This document shows positions 9,153-21,130 of a DNA stretch of 64,000 nucleotides, piece after piece (position 1 is the stretch's first letter; every line of letters starts with the position of its first letter). Position numbers and translations under genes: made by a program. The notes under the pieces are model-generated. The model ran no database searches. It was not told the origin of the DNA and was given only the letters and a program-made list of their open reading frames with translations. Origin of the DNA: an uncultured delta proteobacterium (lineage in GTDB: Bacteria > Desulfobacterota > Desulfobaccia > Desulfobaccales > 0-14-0-80-60-11); assembly GCA_963812015.1 (NCBI GenBank), contig CAWETI010000003.1, positions 1,312,001 through 1,376,000 on the forward strand, read 5' to 3'.

Positions 9153-10199
9153 TCAACTAACCTCGGTTGGATTCAAGACTTTCTCACACGCAACCATAAC
9201 CATTTCCGGGGTGAGGTCCGTGAGGCACCGGGGCTCGGGGCAGCGGCGCTTGAAACAGGGGCTGCACGCCAGGCCCAGGCGGATTACTTGATGACCTTCG
9301 CCGAAGGGGCCGGTGCGCCAGGGGGCCGTGGGGCCGAACAGGGCCGCCACCGGCGTGCCCAGGGCGGCGGCCAGGTGCATGGCCCCGGTGTCGGTGGTGA
9401 CCGCCAGGCGGGCCTGCCGCAGCACCGCGGCCAGCTCTGCCAGGGAGGTGCGCCCGGCCAGGTTGAGGAGGGGCGCCTGACTCTGCCCCAGGATGCCCTC
9501 AGCCAACTCTTGGTCGGCGCGGCTCCCGGTGACGGCCACCAAAAAGCCCCGATGGCTCAGCCACTCCGCCAGGCGGGTCCAGGACGCCGGGGGCCAGAGT
9601 TTGGAGGCCCAGCGGGCCCCGGGATGGAGCACTACCAGGGGCTGGCCGGCCTCAACCGGGACCAGGGCCGAGGTGTCCACCGCCGCGTCCAGGCCCAACC
9701 GGAAGCGGGGCGGAGCCGGGGAAGCCCCCAGATAGTGGGCTAGGTTAAGGTAGTGCCGCACCGCGTGGGCCTCCGGGTCAAAGGCCGGCACCCGCTCGGT
9801 GAGGGCCAGGTAGCTCAACTCCCGGGTCCGGTCATAGCCCACCTTGCGGGGACTCCGGGCCAAAGCCACCCACACCGCGCTCTTAAGCAGGCCCTGGAGG
9901 TCCACCACCAGGTCGAAGGGGCGGGCCCGGAGGCGGTGCAGGAGCGTCATCAAGGTGGCCGGATTGGCCCCGGACAAAAATTCGGCGGGGCGCAGGCGGG
10001 GGGCTACCCAGACTTCGTTGAGGGCGGGGTGGCCGTTCAGCAAAGGGGCATAGGCGGCCTCCACCAGCCAGGTGATATGGGCGCGGGGATAGGCGGCCCG
10101 CAGGGCCTCCAGGGTGGGCAGGGCATGGAGCACATCCCCGAAGGAACTGAGTTTGACCAGGAGAATGCGCGGCTGGCGGGAAAATTTATTTTCAGACAT
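9153..10199 (-). CDS. LPS heptosyltransferase (GT9), WaaC-like
   Basis: ILLVKLSSFGDVLH, DLQGLLKSA, DTGAMHLAAA; start uncertain (10199 or 10235). Confidence 0.85.
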   Translation of the reverse strand: MSENKFSRQPRILLVKLSSFGDVLHALPTLEALRAAYPRAHITWLVEAAYAPLLNGHPALNEVWVAPRLRPAEFLSGANPATLMTLLHRLRARPFDLVVDLQGLLKSAVWVALARSPRKVGYDRTRELSYLALTERVPAFDPEAHAVRHYLNLAHYLGASPAPPRFRLGLDAAVDTSALVPVEAGQPLVVLHPGARWASKLWPPASWTRLAEWLSHRGFLVAVTGSRADQELAEGILGQSQAPLLNLAGRTSLAELAAVLRQARLAVTTDTGAMHLAAALGTPVAALFGPTAPWRTGPFGEGHQVIRLGLACSPCFKRRCPEPRCLTDLTPEMVMVACEKVLNPTEVS

Positions 10200-10257
10200 T
10201 ATCCTCGATGCCAGGTCCCCAAAATTCGGGATCAAGGAGAGAATATCCGCGGTTTAG

Positions 10258-10315
10258 GTAGGGGCGGACCCGCGTGTCCGCCCGCTTTGGGGCGCACACA
10301 TGGGTGCGCCCCTAC
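10258..10315. repeat. GTAG-type REP doublet
   Basis: GTAGGGGCGGAC...GTCCGCCC ... GGGCGCAC...GTGCGCCCCTAC. Confidence 0.75.
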
Positions 10316-10375
10316 AAAAAATGCCTATGGTTTCGCATAGTAACCCTGGAGCTTTGACAATTTTTTTTCTGGAAG

Positions 10376-10936
10376 TCATCCAACCTTTAAATCCTTCAAA
10401 ATCCACTCCACTGCTTCCAGGAGATCATGCGCCACATGGACCGGCTGCACCGGCTGGGTATCCCGGAGATATTGGTACTCCCCCCGGCCGTAGCCGGTGA
10501 GCACCAGGATGCCCTTGGCCCCGGCGTTGGCCGCGGTCTGGATATCCTTATAGCGGTCGCCCACGACATAAGAACGGGCCAGGTCCAGGTCGAGGTCCCG
10601 GGCCGCCTGCTCCATCAGTGTGGGCTGGGGTTTGCGGCAGGCGCAGCCTTCCGCCGGGCCATGGAGGCAGGCATAAATGCCGTCGAGATGCGCTCCCCCG
10701 GCGGCCAATAGCTGCTTCAGGTGCGCGTGGACCTCATCCACCAGGCCGGGGGGAAAATAGCCCCGGGCCGCGCCGGACTGGTTGGTGACCAGCACCACCT
10801 TCACTCCGGCCTCATTGAGGCGGCGGATGGCCGGGACCGCCTGGGGCAGCAGCTTAAAACGGCTCAGGTGGTTGATGTAGCCCATCTCCTCGTTGATGGT
10901 GCCGTCCCGGTCCAGGAACACCGCCGGTTGACTCAT
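10376..10936 (-). CDS. gmhB: D-glycero-D-manno-heptose 1,7-bisphosphate phosphatase
   Basis: FLDRDGTIN, TNQSG, CxH..CACRKP, GDRYKD. Confidence 0.9.
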   Translation of the reverse strand: MSQPAVFLDRDGTINEEMGYINHLSRFKLLPQAVPAIRRLNEAGVKVVLVTNQSGAARGYFPPGLVDEVHAHLKQLLAAGGAHLDGIYACLHGPAEGCACRKPQPTLMEQAARDLDLDLARSYVVGDRYKDIQTAANAGAKGILVLTGYGRGEYQYLRDTQPVQPVHVAHDLLEAVEWILKDLKVG

Positions 10937-12057
10937 GGGCACTCCTTAAGCCAGGCCCCGGCGGCTGCCGCGACTTCGTCCACGCTGATGGCGTCCAGGC
11001 AGGAATACCCCACGTCGCAGGTGCGCTTGAAGCACGGGCTGCACGGGCAGGGATGGCGAATCACCGTGGCCCGGGAGGTGAAGGGGCCGGTGGCCCCGGG
11101 GTCGGTGGACCCAAACAGGGCCACCAGCGGCACCGAAAGCGCGGCGGCGGCGTGCATCAAGCCCGAGTCGTTGGTGACCAAAAGGCGGAGTTGGGACAAC
11201 ACCCCCAGGGCCTGCCGCAGACTGGTCCGCCCCACCAGATCCAGCACCGGTCCCTGGAAATGCTCCTTAAATTCGTCGGCCACCGGCCCTTCGTCCTTTC
11301 CTCCCAGGAGCACCAGGCGAGCGCCAAACTCCTGCTGCAGCACCCGGGCCAGGGCGGCGAAGCGCGAAGGCTCCCAGCGTTTGGCCGGGCCGTAAGCCGC
11401 GCCGGGGCTCAACCCCACCCAGGGGCCCTGGCCGGGGAGATCAGCCTCCCTCAAGAGCTGGGCCCCAACGGCTTCTTCCTCCGGCTCCAGGTAGAGGGTA
11501 GGGGGCGTAAAGGTGGCCACTCCCCCCAGGGCCTTGAGCAAGCCCAGAAAATAGAACACGGTGTGCAACCCGGCCAGCTTGCCGCGGCCGGACACGGCCT
11601 CCTTGAGGAAGAGGCGGCGGGCATCGGTGTTGTACCCGACCCGGGTCGGCACCCCCACCAGCCAGAGCCCCAGGGCGGACTCCATGGAGTTGGGCAAGGC
11701 CAGGGCCACCTCGAAGCGCTTGCGGAGTTCCCATAAGACCTGCCACTTGCCCTGGTCCGACGGGTAGCGGATGATCTCCGTCACCCCGGGCTGGGCCACA
11801 AAGAGCGGCGCCACCCGGCGGGTCGCCAGCACGGTGATCTCGGCCAGGGGAAAGAGCCGCCGCAGCCCCGCCAGCACCGGCAGGCTCATGACCGCATCTC
11901 CCACCCAGTTGGGGGCTCGCACCAGGATGCGCCGCACCACTTCAGGATCCCGGGTGAACCGGCGGGAGACCTGGAGCTGCTGATAGCGCTGCCAGACTTC
12001 CGGAGGCAGGGGCAGCTCTTTCGGTGGGTTGGATTTTTCCATGGGGGTGTCAGTCAT
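10933..12057 (-). CDS. waaF: lipopolysaccharide heptosyltransferase II
   Basis: RAPNWVGDAVM, PGAAYGPAKRW, NDSGLMH; ORF-track start (12450) overlaps lpxK, so trimmed. Confidence 0.88.
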   Translation of the reverse strand: MTDTPMEKSNPPKELPLPPEVWQRYQQLQVSRRFTRDPEVVRRILVRAPNWVGDAVMSLPVLAGLRRLFPLAEITVLATRRVAPLFVAQPGVTEIIRYPSDQGKWQVLWELRKRFEVALALPNSMESALGLWLVGVPTRVGYNTDARRLFLKEAVSGRGKLAGLHTVFYFLGLLKALGGVATFTPPTLYLEPEEEAVGAQLLREADLPGQGPWVGLSPGAAYGPAKRWEPSRFAALARVLQQEFGARLVLLGGKDEGPVADEFKEHFQGPVLDLVGRTSLRQALGVLSQLRLLVTNDSGLMHAAAALSVPLVALFGSTDPGATGPFTSRATVIRHPCPCSPCFKRTCDVGYSCLDAISVDEVAAAAGAWLKECP

Positions 12058-12244
12058 ACCTGAGGTGAGATGCGGGGGCGCCGCCCCCTCTCCTTGATGG
12101 CTGGAAAATCTAGCCGCTGAGGTATTGTAAAACATTTTCCTCAGATCCGGTAGAGGAAGCCGCAGGGAGGAGCCCGGAGGCGCCAAGGGGCGGCGGTAAG
12201 GGTGCTTAAACAGGTTCAGGGAAATGGTGGCGGAACCTCCAGCC

Positions 12245-13345
12245 TCATGCCTCCCGACTCCGGTCCAGGGCCTCCAGGATAGGCTCGGCGTCCCCCAGCC
12301 GGGCCTCCACTTCCAGGACCCACAGGGGGACGCCTGCGTCCCAGCGCTCTCCCAGGCTGGCCCAATCCTTGGCGGTGGTGATGAGGGCCTCGGCCCCCAG
12401 GCTGCGGGCCGCGTCGGCCAGGTCCTGCACTTCCCGGGGGCTATAGGCATGATGGTCGGGGAAGGCCTGGAAACCTTTCAGGTCCACCCCCAGTTCCTGC
12501 AAGGTCGCGGCAAAGACTTCCGGGCGGGCCAGGCCGGCAAAGGCCATCAGGGCCCGGTGGCGCATGGCCTCCGGCGCTGCGGTCTGACCCCCGGGATATA
12601 ACGAGACCCGCACCGGGGCGATGGTCGCGGTCAACACCGCGTGGTCCGGGAAGGCTTGGCGGATGGCCGTAAGGTGCGTATGGTGGCGCTGCTCATCAAA
12701 CCGGGTCAGGATGATAATCCGGGCCGCCTTTAAGGCGGTGAGGGGCTCCCGCAAGGAGCCTCGGGGCAGGAGCTGGCCGTTGCCGAATGGGGAGGCCGCG
12801 TCAAGCAGCACCAGATCCAGGTCCCGGTGCAGTTGAAAATGCTGGAAGCCGTCGTCCAGCAGAAAGAGGTCCGGTTTAAACTCGGCCCAGGCGGCCATCC
12901 CCGCGGCATATCGGCAGGCCCCGGTGTAGACCGCCACCCCGGGCAGGGCCCGGGCCAGCCAGTAAGGCTCTTCCCCGACCTCGGGAGGTTTTTTATAGGT
13001 TTTCTGCCCGTCGGAGATGCAAGTGACGCCGGGGCTCTGCCCCCCGTAGCCCCGGCTGAGAATGGCCACCCGCCGGCCCCGGTCCCGCCAGAGCCGGGCC
13101 AGGCAGGCCACCACCGGGGTCTTGCCGGTGCCGCCCACCGTGAGATTCCCCACGCTCACCACCGGGGCCGGCAGTTTTTTCGTACGGAGCAAACCCCGAG
13201 CGTACAGGGTGCGCCGCAACCTGGCCCCCAGGCCATAGAGCCGGGCCAGGACCGCGGCGCCGGCGCGGACGACCGGGCCGGGAGGCGGGCCTTCGTCCGC
13301 CGCTCCCTGAAGGCGCCGGAACAGATTATGCCAGTAAGGCCGCAT
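12245..13345 (-). CDS. lpxK: tetraacyldisaccharide 4'-kinase
   Basis: [41 protein letters not shown]. Confidence 0.95.
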   Translation of the reverse strand: MRPYWHNLFRRLQGAADEGPPPGPVVRAGAAVLARLYGLGARLRRTLYARGLLRTKKLPAPVVSVGNLTVGGTGKTPVVACLARLWRDRGRRVAILSRGYGGQSPGVTCISDGQKTYKKPPEVGEEPYWLARALPGVAVYTGACRYAAGMAAWAEFKPDLFLLDDGFQHFQLHRDLDLVLLDAASPFGNGQLLPRGSLREPLTALKAARIIILTRFDEQRHHTHLTAIRQAFPDHAVLTATIAPVRVSLYPGGQTAAPEAMRHRALMAFAGLARPEVFAATLQELGVDLKGFQAFPDHHAYSPREVQDLADAARSLGAEALITTAKDWASLGERWDAGVPLWVLEVEARLGDAEPILEALDRSREA

Positions 13346-13348
13346 AGT

Positions 13349-15484
13349 TTACCTTATAGACGAATTCAACGCCTCCTGGTAACATTTTTGGGCGTATTCC
13401 TTGACCATGCGCCGGGCGCTGAAAGGCGCCGCGGTGCTCTTGATGGCGTTCTTCATCAGTTGCACCCATGCTTGGGGAATGCCGTCATCGTCGGTCTGAT
13501 AGAACCGGGGCACCACCTGCTGCTCCAGGAGATTGTAAAGCGAGGCGGCGTCATGGGCATCGCGGTCCCCATCGGCGCTGCCGTCGATGGCCCAGCCGTT
13601 GTCGCCGTTAAAGGCCTCGATCCACCAGCCGTCCAGGATGCTCAGTTGGGGCACGCCGTTCAGGGAGGCCTTCATACCGCTGGTGCCGCACGCCTCCAGG
13701 GGAGGTAAGGGGTTGTTGAGCCAGACATCCACCCCATGCACCAGCAACTGGGCCAGCCGCTCCCCATAGTCTTCCACAAAGGCGATCCTGGCCCCCAACT
13801 GGGGGTCACGGGCGAAATTGAAGACCCGCTGCAAAACGCGCTTGCCCGGGTCGTCGACGGGGTGGGCCTTGCCGGCAAAAATGATCTGCACCGGCTGCCA
13901 GGGGTTCAGGAGAATTTTTTTCAGGCGTTCCAGGTCGTGAAAGACCAGGTCGGCCCGTTTATAGGTGGCGAAGCGCCGGGCAAATCCCAAGGTCAGGATG
14001 GTGGGGTCCAGCATCACCCCGCCCGCGGCTACGTTGGTGCAATTGATATGGTCATCCACCCAGCGGAGCCGGGCCCGCTCCCTGACCCGGTCCATGAGCT
14101 TGTCCTTGGCCCGACAGTGCACTGCCCAGAACTCACCGGCAGGAATATCATCCACCCGTTCCCACATGGCGGGATTGTCGTGATTTTCCAGCCAGTCGGC
14201 CCCCAAATACCGATTAAAGAGCAGCTCCAGCTTGGGGGCGATCCAGGAGGGCACGTGGACCCCGTTGGTAATCGAGGTGATGGGGACCTGGTCCTCCGGC
14301 TTATCCGGCCACAGAGGCTGCCACATCTTCCGGGAGACCTCGCCGTGCTTCGCGCTGACGCCGTTGCGGTAAGCCGACAGCCTCAAGGCAAAGGCGGTCA
14401 TGTTAAAGCCGGCGTTGGGGTCGGCGGGGTTGCGTCCCAAATTGAAAAAATCATCCCGGCTCAGGCCCAGGCGGGGGTAGAAGCTCCCGAAATACTTGTC
14501 CATCAGGTCGAAGGGGAAGACGTCGTGCCCGGCCGGCACCGGCGTGTGGGTGGTGAACACCGAGGTGGCCCGCACCGCCTGGACCGCGTCCGCGTAAGTC
14601 ATCTGGCCGTCTTCCATGCGTTCCCGGAGTCGCTCCAGGAGGGCGAAGGCGGGGTGCCCTTCGTTCATGTGGAGCATCGAATGCTTGATGCCCAGGGCCG
14701 CCAAAATCTCGGTGCCCCCCAGCCCCAGCACGATCTCCTGGAGGAGCCGCTGCTCCGGGTCGCTGATATAGAGGTGGTCGGAAATGCGCCGGTGGCCGGG
14801 ATCGTTGGCGGGGAGATCGGTATCCATCAGGTACAGGGGGATGCGCCCCACCATGACCTGCCAGACCGCCACGTAGATGGGCGGATCGGTCACCGGCACC
14901 TGCACCACCACCTGCTGGCCTTTATCGTCCAGGACCCGGCAGATGGGGGCGGCGTCCCGGTCCAGGACTTCGTCGGCCCCTTCCTGCCAGCCGTCGGTAT
15001 TGATCAACTGGCGGATGTAGCCGTCGGGATACATGAAACCCACGGCCACCAGGGGGGTCCCCAGGTCGCTGGCCTCCTTGAGATGGTCCCCGGCCAAAAA
15101 GCCCAGGCCCCCGGCATAAAACGGCAGGGAGTGGTGCAGGCCGTACTCCAGAGAAAAATAGGCGATGGGGGCGCACTCCGTGTCGGTGATATTGGCCGTG
15201 AACCAGCACACCTTATTGTCCAGGTCACGGCGGAACCGGGCCAGGACCGCGTCATAGTGGCGCAGATAGTCCGGGTCCCCGGTCGCGGCTGCCAGGATTT
15301 GGGGAGGTAAGACCGTGAGGAATTTGACGGGATTGTGGCCGGTCTCCTTCCAGGCGGGGCGATCCAGCATCTTGAAGAGCATCCGGGCCTCGGGGTGCCA
15401 GCTCCACCAGAGGTTGAAGGCCAGCTCGCCCAGCCCCGCCAGACGCTCGGGCAGGTGAGGAAATTGATTGTCAGGGCAGTCCAT
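13349..15484 (-). CDS. glgP: alpha-glucan (glycogen) phosphorylase
   Basis: NLWWSW, YAGGLG, NEGH, FTTHTP, ARRFATYKR, EACGTSGMK (PLP lysine). Confidence 0.95.
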   Translation of the reverse strand: MDCPDNQFPHLPERLAGLGELAFNLWWSWHPEARMLFKMLDRPAWKETGHNPVKFLTVLPPQILAAATGDPDYLRHYDAVLARFRRDLDNKVCWFTANITDTECAPIAYFSLEYGLHHSLPFYAGGLGFLAGDHLKEASDLGTPLVAVGFMYPDGYIRQLINTDGWQEGADEVLDRDAAPICRVLDDKGQQVVVQVPVTDPPIYVAVWQVMVGRIPLYLMDTDLPANDPGHRRISDHLYISDPEQRLLQEIVLGLGGTEILAALGIKHSMLHMNEGHPAFALLERLRERMEDGQMTYADAVQAVRATSVFTTHTPVPAGHDVFPFDLMDKYFGSFYPRLGLSRDDFFNLGRNPADPNAGFNMTAFALRLSAYRNGVSAKHGEVSRKMWQPLWPDKPEDQVPITSITNGVHVPSWIAPKLELLFNRYLGADWLENHDNPAMWERVDDIPAGEFWAVHCRAKDKLMDRVRERARLRWVDDHINCTNVAAGGVMLDPTILTLGFARRFATYKRADLVFHDLERLKKILLNPWQPVQIIFAGKAHPVDDPGKRVLQRVFNFARDPQLGARIAFVEDYGERLAQLLVHGVDVWLNNPLPPLEACGTSGMKASLNGVPQLSILDGWWIEAFNGDNGWAIDGSADGDRDAHDAASLYNLLEQQVVPRFYQTDDDGIPQAWVQLMKNAIKSTAAPFSARRMVKEYAQKCYQEALNSSIR

Positions 15485-15650
15485 GGGCGCGCACACCTCC
15501 ACCAGGATTCGATCACCGGCGCTCGGTCAATTTAGCATATAATTCAAACTAATCCCTCTGGGGGGGAATGCAAGGGTGGATCGGCATGTGGAAGCAGGGG
15601 CGGTTCGAGAACCACCCCTGTTTCCTTATATCCCCCATCCTCACCCCATC

Positions 15651-17447
<1,797 letters not shown>

Positions 17448-17629
17448 AAGGGCGTCGGGGGCGGAAGCTGTTGTTTCCCCTTCTATACCTTATCGGCGGG
17501 CACTTTTCCAATAAAATCCGGGGAGTGAGGGAGGGGGGCCGGTGTGATAATGGTGCTCAGAGGCGACGTTCACCGGCCAATCCTAAGATGGCCGGGCCCC
17601 GGGGACTGCGGAGCAGGTCCGGCTGCCGG

Positions 17630-17779
17630 GGTCATCTTGCGTCAGGGTGCGCACGATGGCCCCGTCCTGCATGACCAGGACTGATCGGCCAGGCGCCGGG
17701 CCTGGTTCAGGCTGTGGGACACCGCCATGATGGGGTAGCGCTCCATCAGGGGGGGCAGGAGTCCCTCGATCTTCCGCAA
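17630..17779 (-). pseudogene. frameshifted C-terminal fragment of a PstB-like ABC ATPase
   Basis: KIEGLLPPLMERYPIMAVSHSLNQARRLADQ, then a 1-nt shift to LVMQDGAIVRTL (H-loop region); no N-terminal part. Confidence 0.65.
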
Positions 17780-17849
17780 CTTAAAAATTCAGGGGCGGGG
17801 TGGGTTCGTGGCCACTCGAAAATCCCCTTGGGGGCTTTGACTAAACCGC

Positions 17850-18452
17850 TCAGGTCAACGTAATCACCTTGTCGGCCAACTGCATGGCGGTGACGATGTC
17901 CAGCATATTGGTGGTTTCCCCCACCTGCTTCTGCTCCAGGAGCTTGAAATGGTTGAGGCAGGTGCCGCACACCAGGAGCCTCACTCCGGAGTGCTCCAGG
18001 GCCAGGAGACCGGGCAGGACTTCGGAGCCGGCCACGGCCAGCTTTACCCCGCCATTCAGCAAGACGACGCACCACAGTTCCGGGCCCATCTCCTTGAGGG
18101 TGGCGATGAAATTGCCCATGAGCTTGGTCCCCAGGACCTCATCGCCCCGTCCTAACTGGTTGGCGCCCATGAGGACGAGAATCTTGCCGGGGGCCTCTGC
18201 GGTTGCCGGAACGAAGACCTGGCAGGCGCCGGCGTCCGTCCGGGAGCCGGTGATCGCGAAGCTGTCTCCCTGGGCCTCGGTCTTGGTCTCATAACCGGCC
18301 CGCTGGAGGAACCGGCTGACATTCTCCTGGGCGGCCGGGTTGTCCACCAGCACGGTGAGCCGCTCCACGTCGCCCCGGTCGATGAGTTCCTTGGTTTTGA
18401 TCACGGGGTTGGGACAGGCCAAACCCCGGCAGTCCAGATGTTTTTCCGCCAT
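17850..18452 (-). CDS. yedF: YedF-type selenium-metabolism sulfurtransferase-like protein (TusA/SirA + DsrE-like domains)
   Basis: LDCRGLACPNPVI N-domain; GVKL...VCGTCL...VGETTNM C-domain. Confidence 0.88.
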   Translation of the reverse strand: MAEKHLDCRGLACPNPVIKTKELIDRGDVERLTVLVDNPAAQENVSRFLQRAGYETKTEAQGDSFAITGSRTDAGACQVFVPATAEAPGKILVLMGANQLGRGDEVLGTKLMGNFIATLKEMGPELWCVVLLNGGVKLAVAGSEVLPGLLALEHSGVRLLVCGTCLNHFKLLEQKQVGETTNMLDIVTAMQLADKVITLT

Positions 18453-18550
18453 GGCGTTAGGTTCTCCTCATGGTTGATCCCGGCGCGGCAGCCGCCCGGC
18501 CACCGGGAACGCGGCCGCGCCAGTTTGCTTCGGGCTAGTATAGCGTATCA

Positions 18551-19444
18551 TTAAGGCCCGGTGTTCTTTTTCTCCCCTTCCCCTGGCGGAAGGGGAAACG
18601 CATTATGCGCGCTTTTGGTCGGCGAATTCTCTGAAACCGCTCCGGGAATATCCCGCCCCGACTTCCCCCGGTGGCTCCGCTCCCCATGCAGGGCCGCGCC
18701 CAGGGCCCCCACCAGGTCCGGTTGCTCCGGGACGATGACGGGGAGGCCCAAATGCTCTTCCAGAAGGGCTTTTACGCAGGGGTTGTGGGCCACCCCGCCG
18801 GCAAACAGCACCGGCTCCACCACCCCTACCCGGCGCAGCATGGCCAGGGTCCGCTGTACGATGGCCAGATGCAGGCCGAGGGCGATATTGGCGGCCTTCT
18901 CCCCCCGGGCCATGAGGGAGGTGGCCTCGCTTTCGGCAAAAACGGTGCACATACTGTTGATTTGAATCCGCCGGTCCGCTTTGAGGGCGAAGTCGCCGAA
19001 TTCCTCCAGGGGCACCTGGAGGGCGGTGGCCATGAATTCCAGAAATTTGCCGGTGCCCGCGGCGCAGCGGTCGTTCATTTCAAATTTTACCACCTTGCCG
19101 CCTTCCCCCAGGGCGATGGCCTTGGTGTCCTGGCCCCCGATATCCAATACGGTGCGGGCCGCCGGGACGAGATAGTGCGCCCCCAGCGCATAGGCCTGAA
19201 TTTCGGTGATGGCCGTGACGTGGCGGTGTTTGAGGTTCTCCACCAGGAGCTTGCGGCCATAGCCGGTGGCCACGATGCGGGCCGGGGGCAGGCCCTCCAG
19301 CAGCCGGCGGCACTGGGCCAGGGGATCGAAGGTGGTGGGCAGCTTGGCCTGGCGCACCACCTGCCCGCCCTCCAGGAGCACCAGCTCGATGGAGCGGGAC
19401 CCGACGTCGAGGCCGACTACCCCGGGCTCCTCAGGAGATGACAT
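18551..19444 (-). CDS. ASKHA [4Fe-4S] ATP-dependent activase (HgdC-like; probable DCCP reductase)
   Basis: GLDVGS, ATGYGR, DIGGQDTK, MNDRCAAGTG, SMCTVFAESE, GGVA. Confidence 0.9.
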   Translation of the reverse strand: MSSPEEPGVVGLDVGSRSIELVLLEGGQVVRQAKLPTTFDPLAQCRRLLEGLPPARIVATGYGRKLLVENLKHRHVTAITEIQAYALGAHYLVPAARTVLDIGGQDTKAIALGEGGKVVKFEMNDRCAAGTGKFLEFMATALQVPLEEFGDFALKADRRIQINSMCTVFAESEATSLMARGEKAANIALGLHLAIVQRTLAMLRRVGVVEPVLFAGGVAHNPCVKALLEEHLGLPVIVPEQPDLVGALGAALHGERSHRGKSGRDIPGAVSENSPTKSAHNAFPLPPGEGEKKNTGP

Positions 19445-19458
19445 GCTGGGGCATCCTC

Positions 19459-19683
19459 TTAATCAAATTCACGTTCTAATTCATTCCGAGCTTCGATCAA
19501 CAACTCATAAGCCCGTTGCAAGACCTTTATGCCCCGGGGCGAGGTGCTCCCGACCCTGGTGGAGGTATCCAGGGCCAGGAGAAAGAAGGCCAGATGCTCG
19601 GCGGTAAACGCCTTCTTGAGGTCATCCACTATCTGGAGGGACCGTCCGTCGAAGTACTGGTACAAGGGATAAATTTTCGCCAT
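19459..19683 (-). CDS. small hypothetical protein (74 aa) between DCCP and activase
   Basis: 7-nt and 14-nt gaps to neighbours, GAGGG RBS. Confidence 0.65.
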   Translation of the reverse strand: MAKIYPLYQYFDGRSLQIVDDLKKAFTAEHLAFFLLALDTSTRVGSTSPRGIKVLQRAYELLIEARNELEREFD

Positions 19684-19690
19684 GGACCCC

Positions 19691-20965
19691 TCAATGCAAC
19701 ATCTCAATAAAGGCTTCCACCCGGGTCTTGAGCTGCTCCACGTCCTCCATGCTGTAGTCGGTTTCGATGCTGAGCATGGGGATGCCCGCGTCCTTCAGGG
19801 CCTTTTCCACCTTGAAGGCCTCGATGGCGTAAGGCTGACAGAACGACAGGCCGTAATGAATCACCCCGTCCGCCTTGAGATCCCGGGTCATCTCCACGAT
19901 ATGCTCCAGGCGCTCGGTATTGGGGGTGAAGCAGGCACAATCGATGCGCATATAGCGGTCGGCGATGGCGTCCAGCATGGCTTCCAGGGTTTCCCCGGAT
20001 TCATCCACCAGGTCCCGGGTGTTGCGGGCGCCGATGCACGATTCTTCCCCGACGATGATGGCGCCGGAAGATTCCACCACGAACGGCAGTTTCCAGTTGG
20101 GTATGGCCATGGGGCAGCCGGACAGCATGAGCCGGGGCGTGTCCGCCGGCGCCACGCCCTGGCCGGCCTTGATGCGCTGCTCCAGTTCGTCGCAGAGTTC
20201 CCCGATCTTAGCGGTAAACCGGACCGGGTCGTCATAGAAGCTGATCTGGTTGATGAGGAGCGCGTCCCGGCCCGAAATCGGGGTCGGCGCCACCGCCCGG
20301 AGACGGTTGACGCGCTGCAAGACGGCCCGCCGGGCATTCACCAGCTTGATGGCCTCCTTGAGCTTGGCGGCGCTAATGGTGTTGCCGGTGACCCGCTCGA
20401 TTTCGGCTTTAAACCTCAGAATCTCGGCCTTCCACAGGTCCAGGTCGCAGGCCTGCTTCATCTGGGGGATTTCCATGACGTAGACTGGGGCATAATCGGC
20501 AAAGATTTCGTAGGCCTTTTTCTTGCCGTCGCAGGTGGTCTCCCCCACCACCAGGTCGCAGGACTCGATGAAGGGGCAGAGACGGGAGAGCTTAAAGCCC
20601 ACAAAGGATTTAATTAGGGCGCAGGTGTTCCGGGGCAGAATCTTCTCCGCCGCCTCCTTGCCGATTTCGGCCCCGGCGCAGAGCCCCACACAGACGGCGT
20701 CCGCCGCCAGCACCAGTTCCTCCGGCACGAAGACGCAGAAGGTGCCGATCACTTTCTTGCCCTGGGCCTTGGCATCCTGCAATTCCTGGATGCGCAGGCC
20801 GTGGACCTCCGACAGGACAAAATCCAGATATTCCATGCCCTTGAGCCGGCCAGACTGGGTCAGATAGATGTCACCGTAAAATTTGCCCAGGACCTGAAGC
20901 AACCCTTCGTGGGCCCCGAGGTCCAGGTTGAGTTTTTCCCACATTTCGTCATAAGGATTCGGCAT
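19691..20965 (-). CDS. double-cubane [Fe8S9] cluster protein (DCCP; 2-hydroxyacyl-CoA dehydratase D superfamily)
   Basis: TFCVFVPEE, PRNTCALIK, GETTCDGKKK, GEESCIG, IDCACFTPN, FCQPY, QLKTRVEAF; end-to-end resemblance to the Carboxydothermus DCCP as recalled. Confidence 0.85.
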   Translation of the reverse strand: MPNPYDEMWEKLNLDLGAHEGLLQVLGKFYGDIYLTQSGRLKGMEYLDFVLSEVHGLRIQELQDAKAQGKKVIGTFCVFVPEELVLAADAVCVGLCAGAEIGKEAAEKILPRNTCALIKSFVGFKLSRLCPFIESCDLVVGETTCDGKKKAYEIFADYAPVYVMEIPQMKQACDLDLWKAEILRFKAEIERVTGNTISAAKLKEAIKLVNARRAVLQRVNRLRAVAPTPISGRDALLINQISFYDDPVRFTAKIGELCDELEQRIKAGQGVAPADTPRLMLSGCPMAIPNWKLPFVVESSGAIIVGEESCIGARNTRDLVDESGETLEAMLDAIADRYMRIDCACFTPNTERLEHIVEMTRDLKADGVIHYGLSFCQPYAIEAFKVEKALKDAGIPMLSIETDYSMEDVEQLKTRVEAFIEMLH

Positions 20966-21130
20966 GGTGCTCTCCGTTCCATAAGTCCCAGAAGGTTGCG
21001 GACCCAGATCCCGACTTACTGCACGGCCGGGGTCCGGTCACGAGAAGCGAGGCAAAATTCTCCCCGCACCCCTGGAGGGGGATTGAGGGGAATTTGCCTG
21101 GTTGTTTTCGGCAAAGGCCTTAGGCGCGCC

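Noticed and set aside
12058..12450. N-terminal extension of the waaF ORF in the track (similarly 49761-50051 for the permease)
   Set aside because: Overlaps the neighbouring gene and lacks family similarity; upstream-start artefact
13736..15310. Long antisense ORFs (e.g. 13736-15310, 31212-32507, 57110-59227)
   Set aside because: Shadow ORFs opposite well-supported genes, expected from high-GC codon bias
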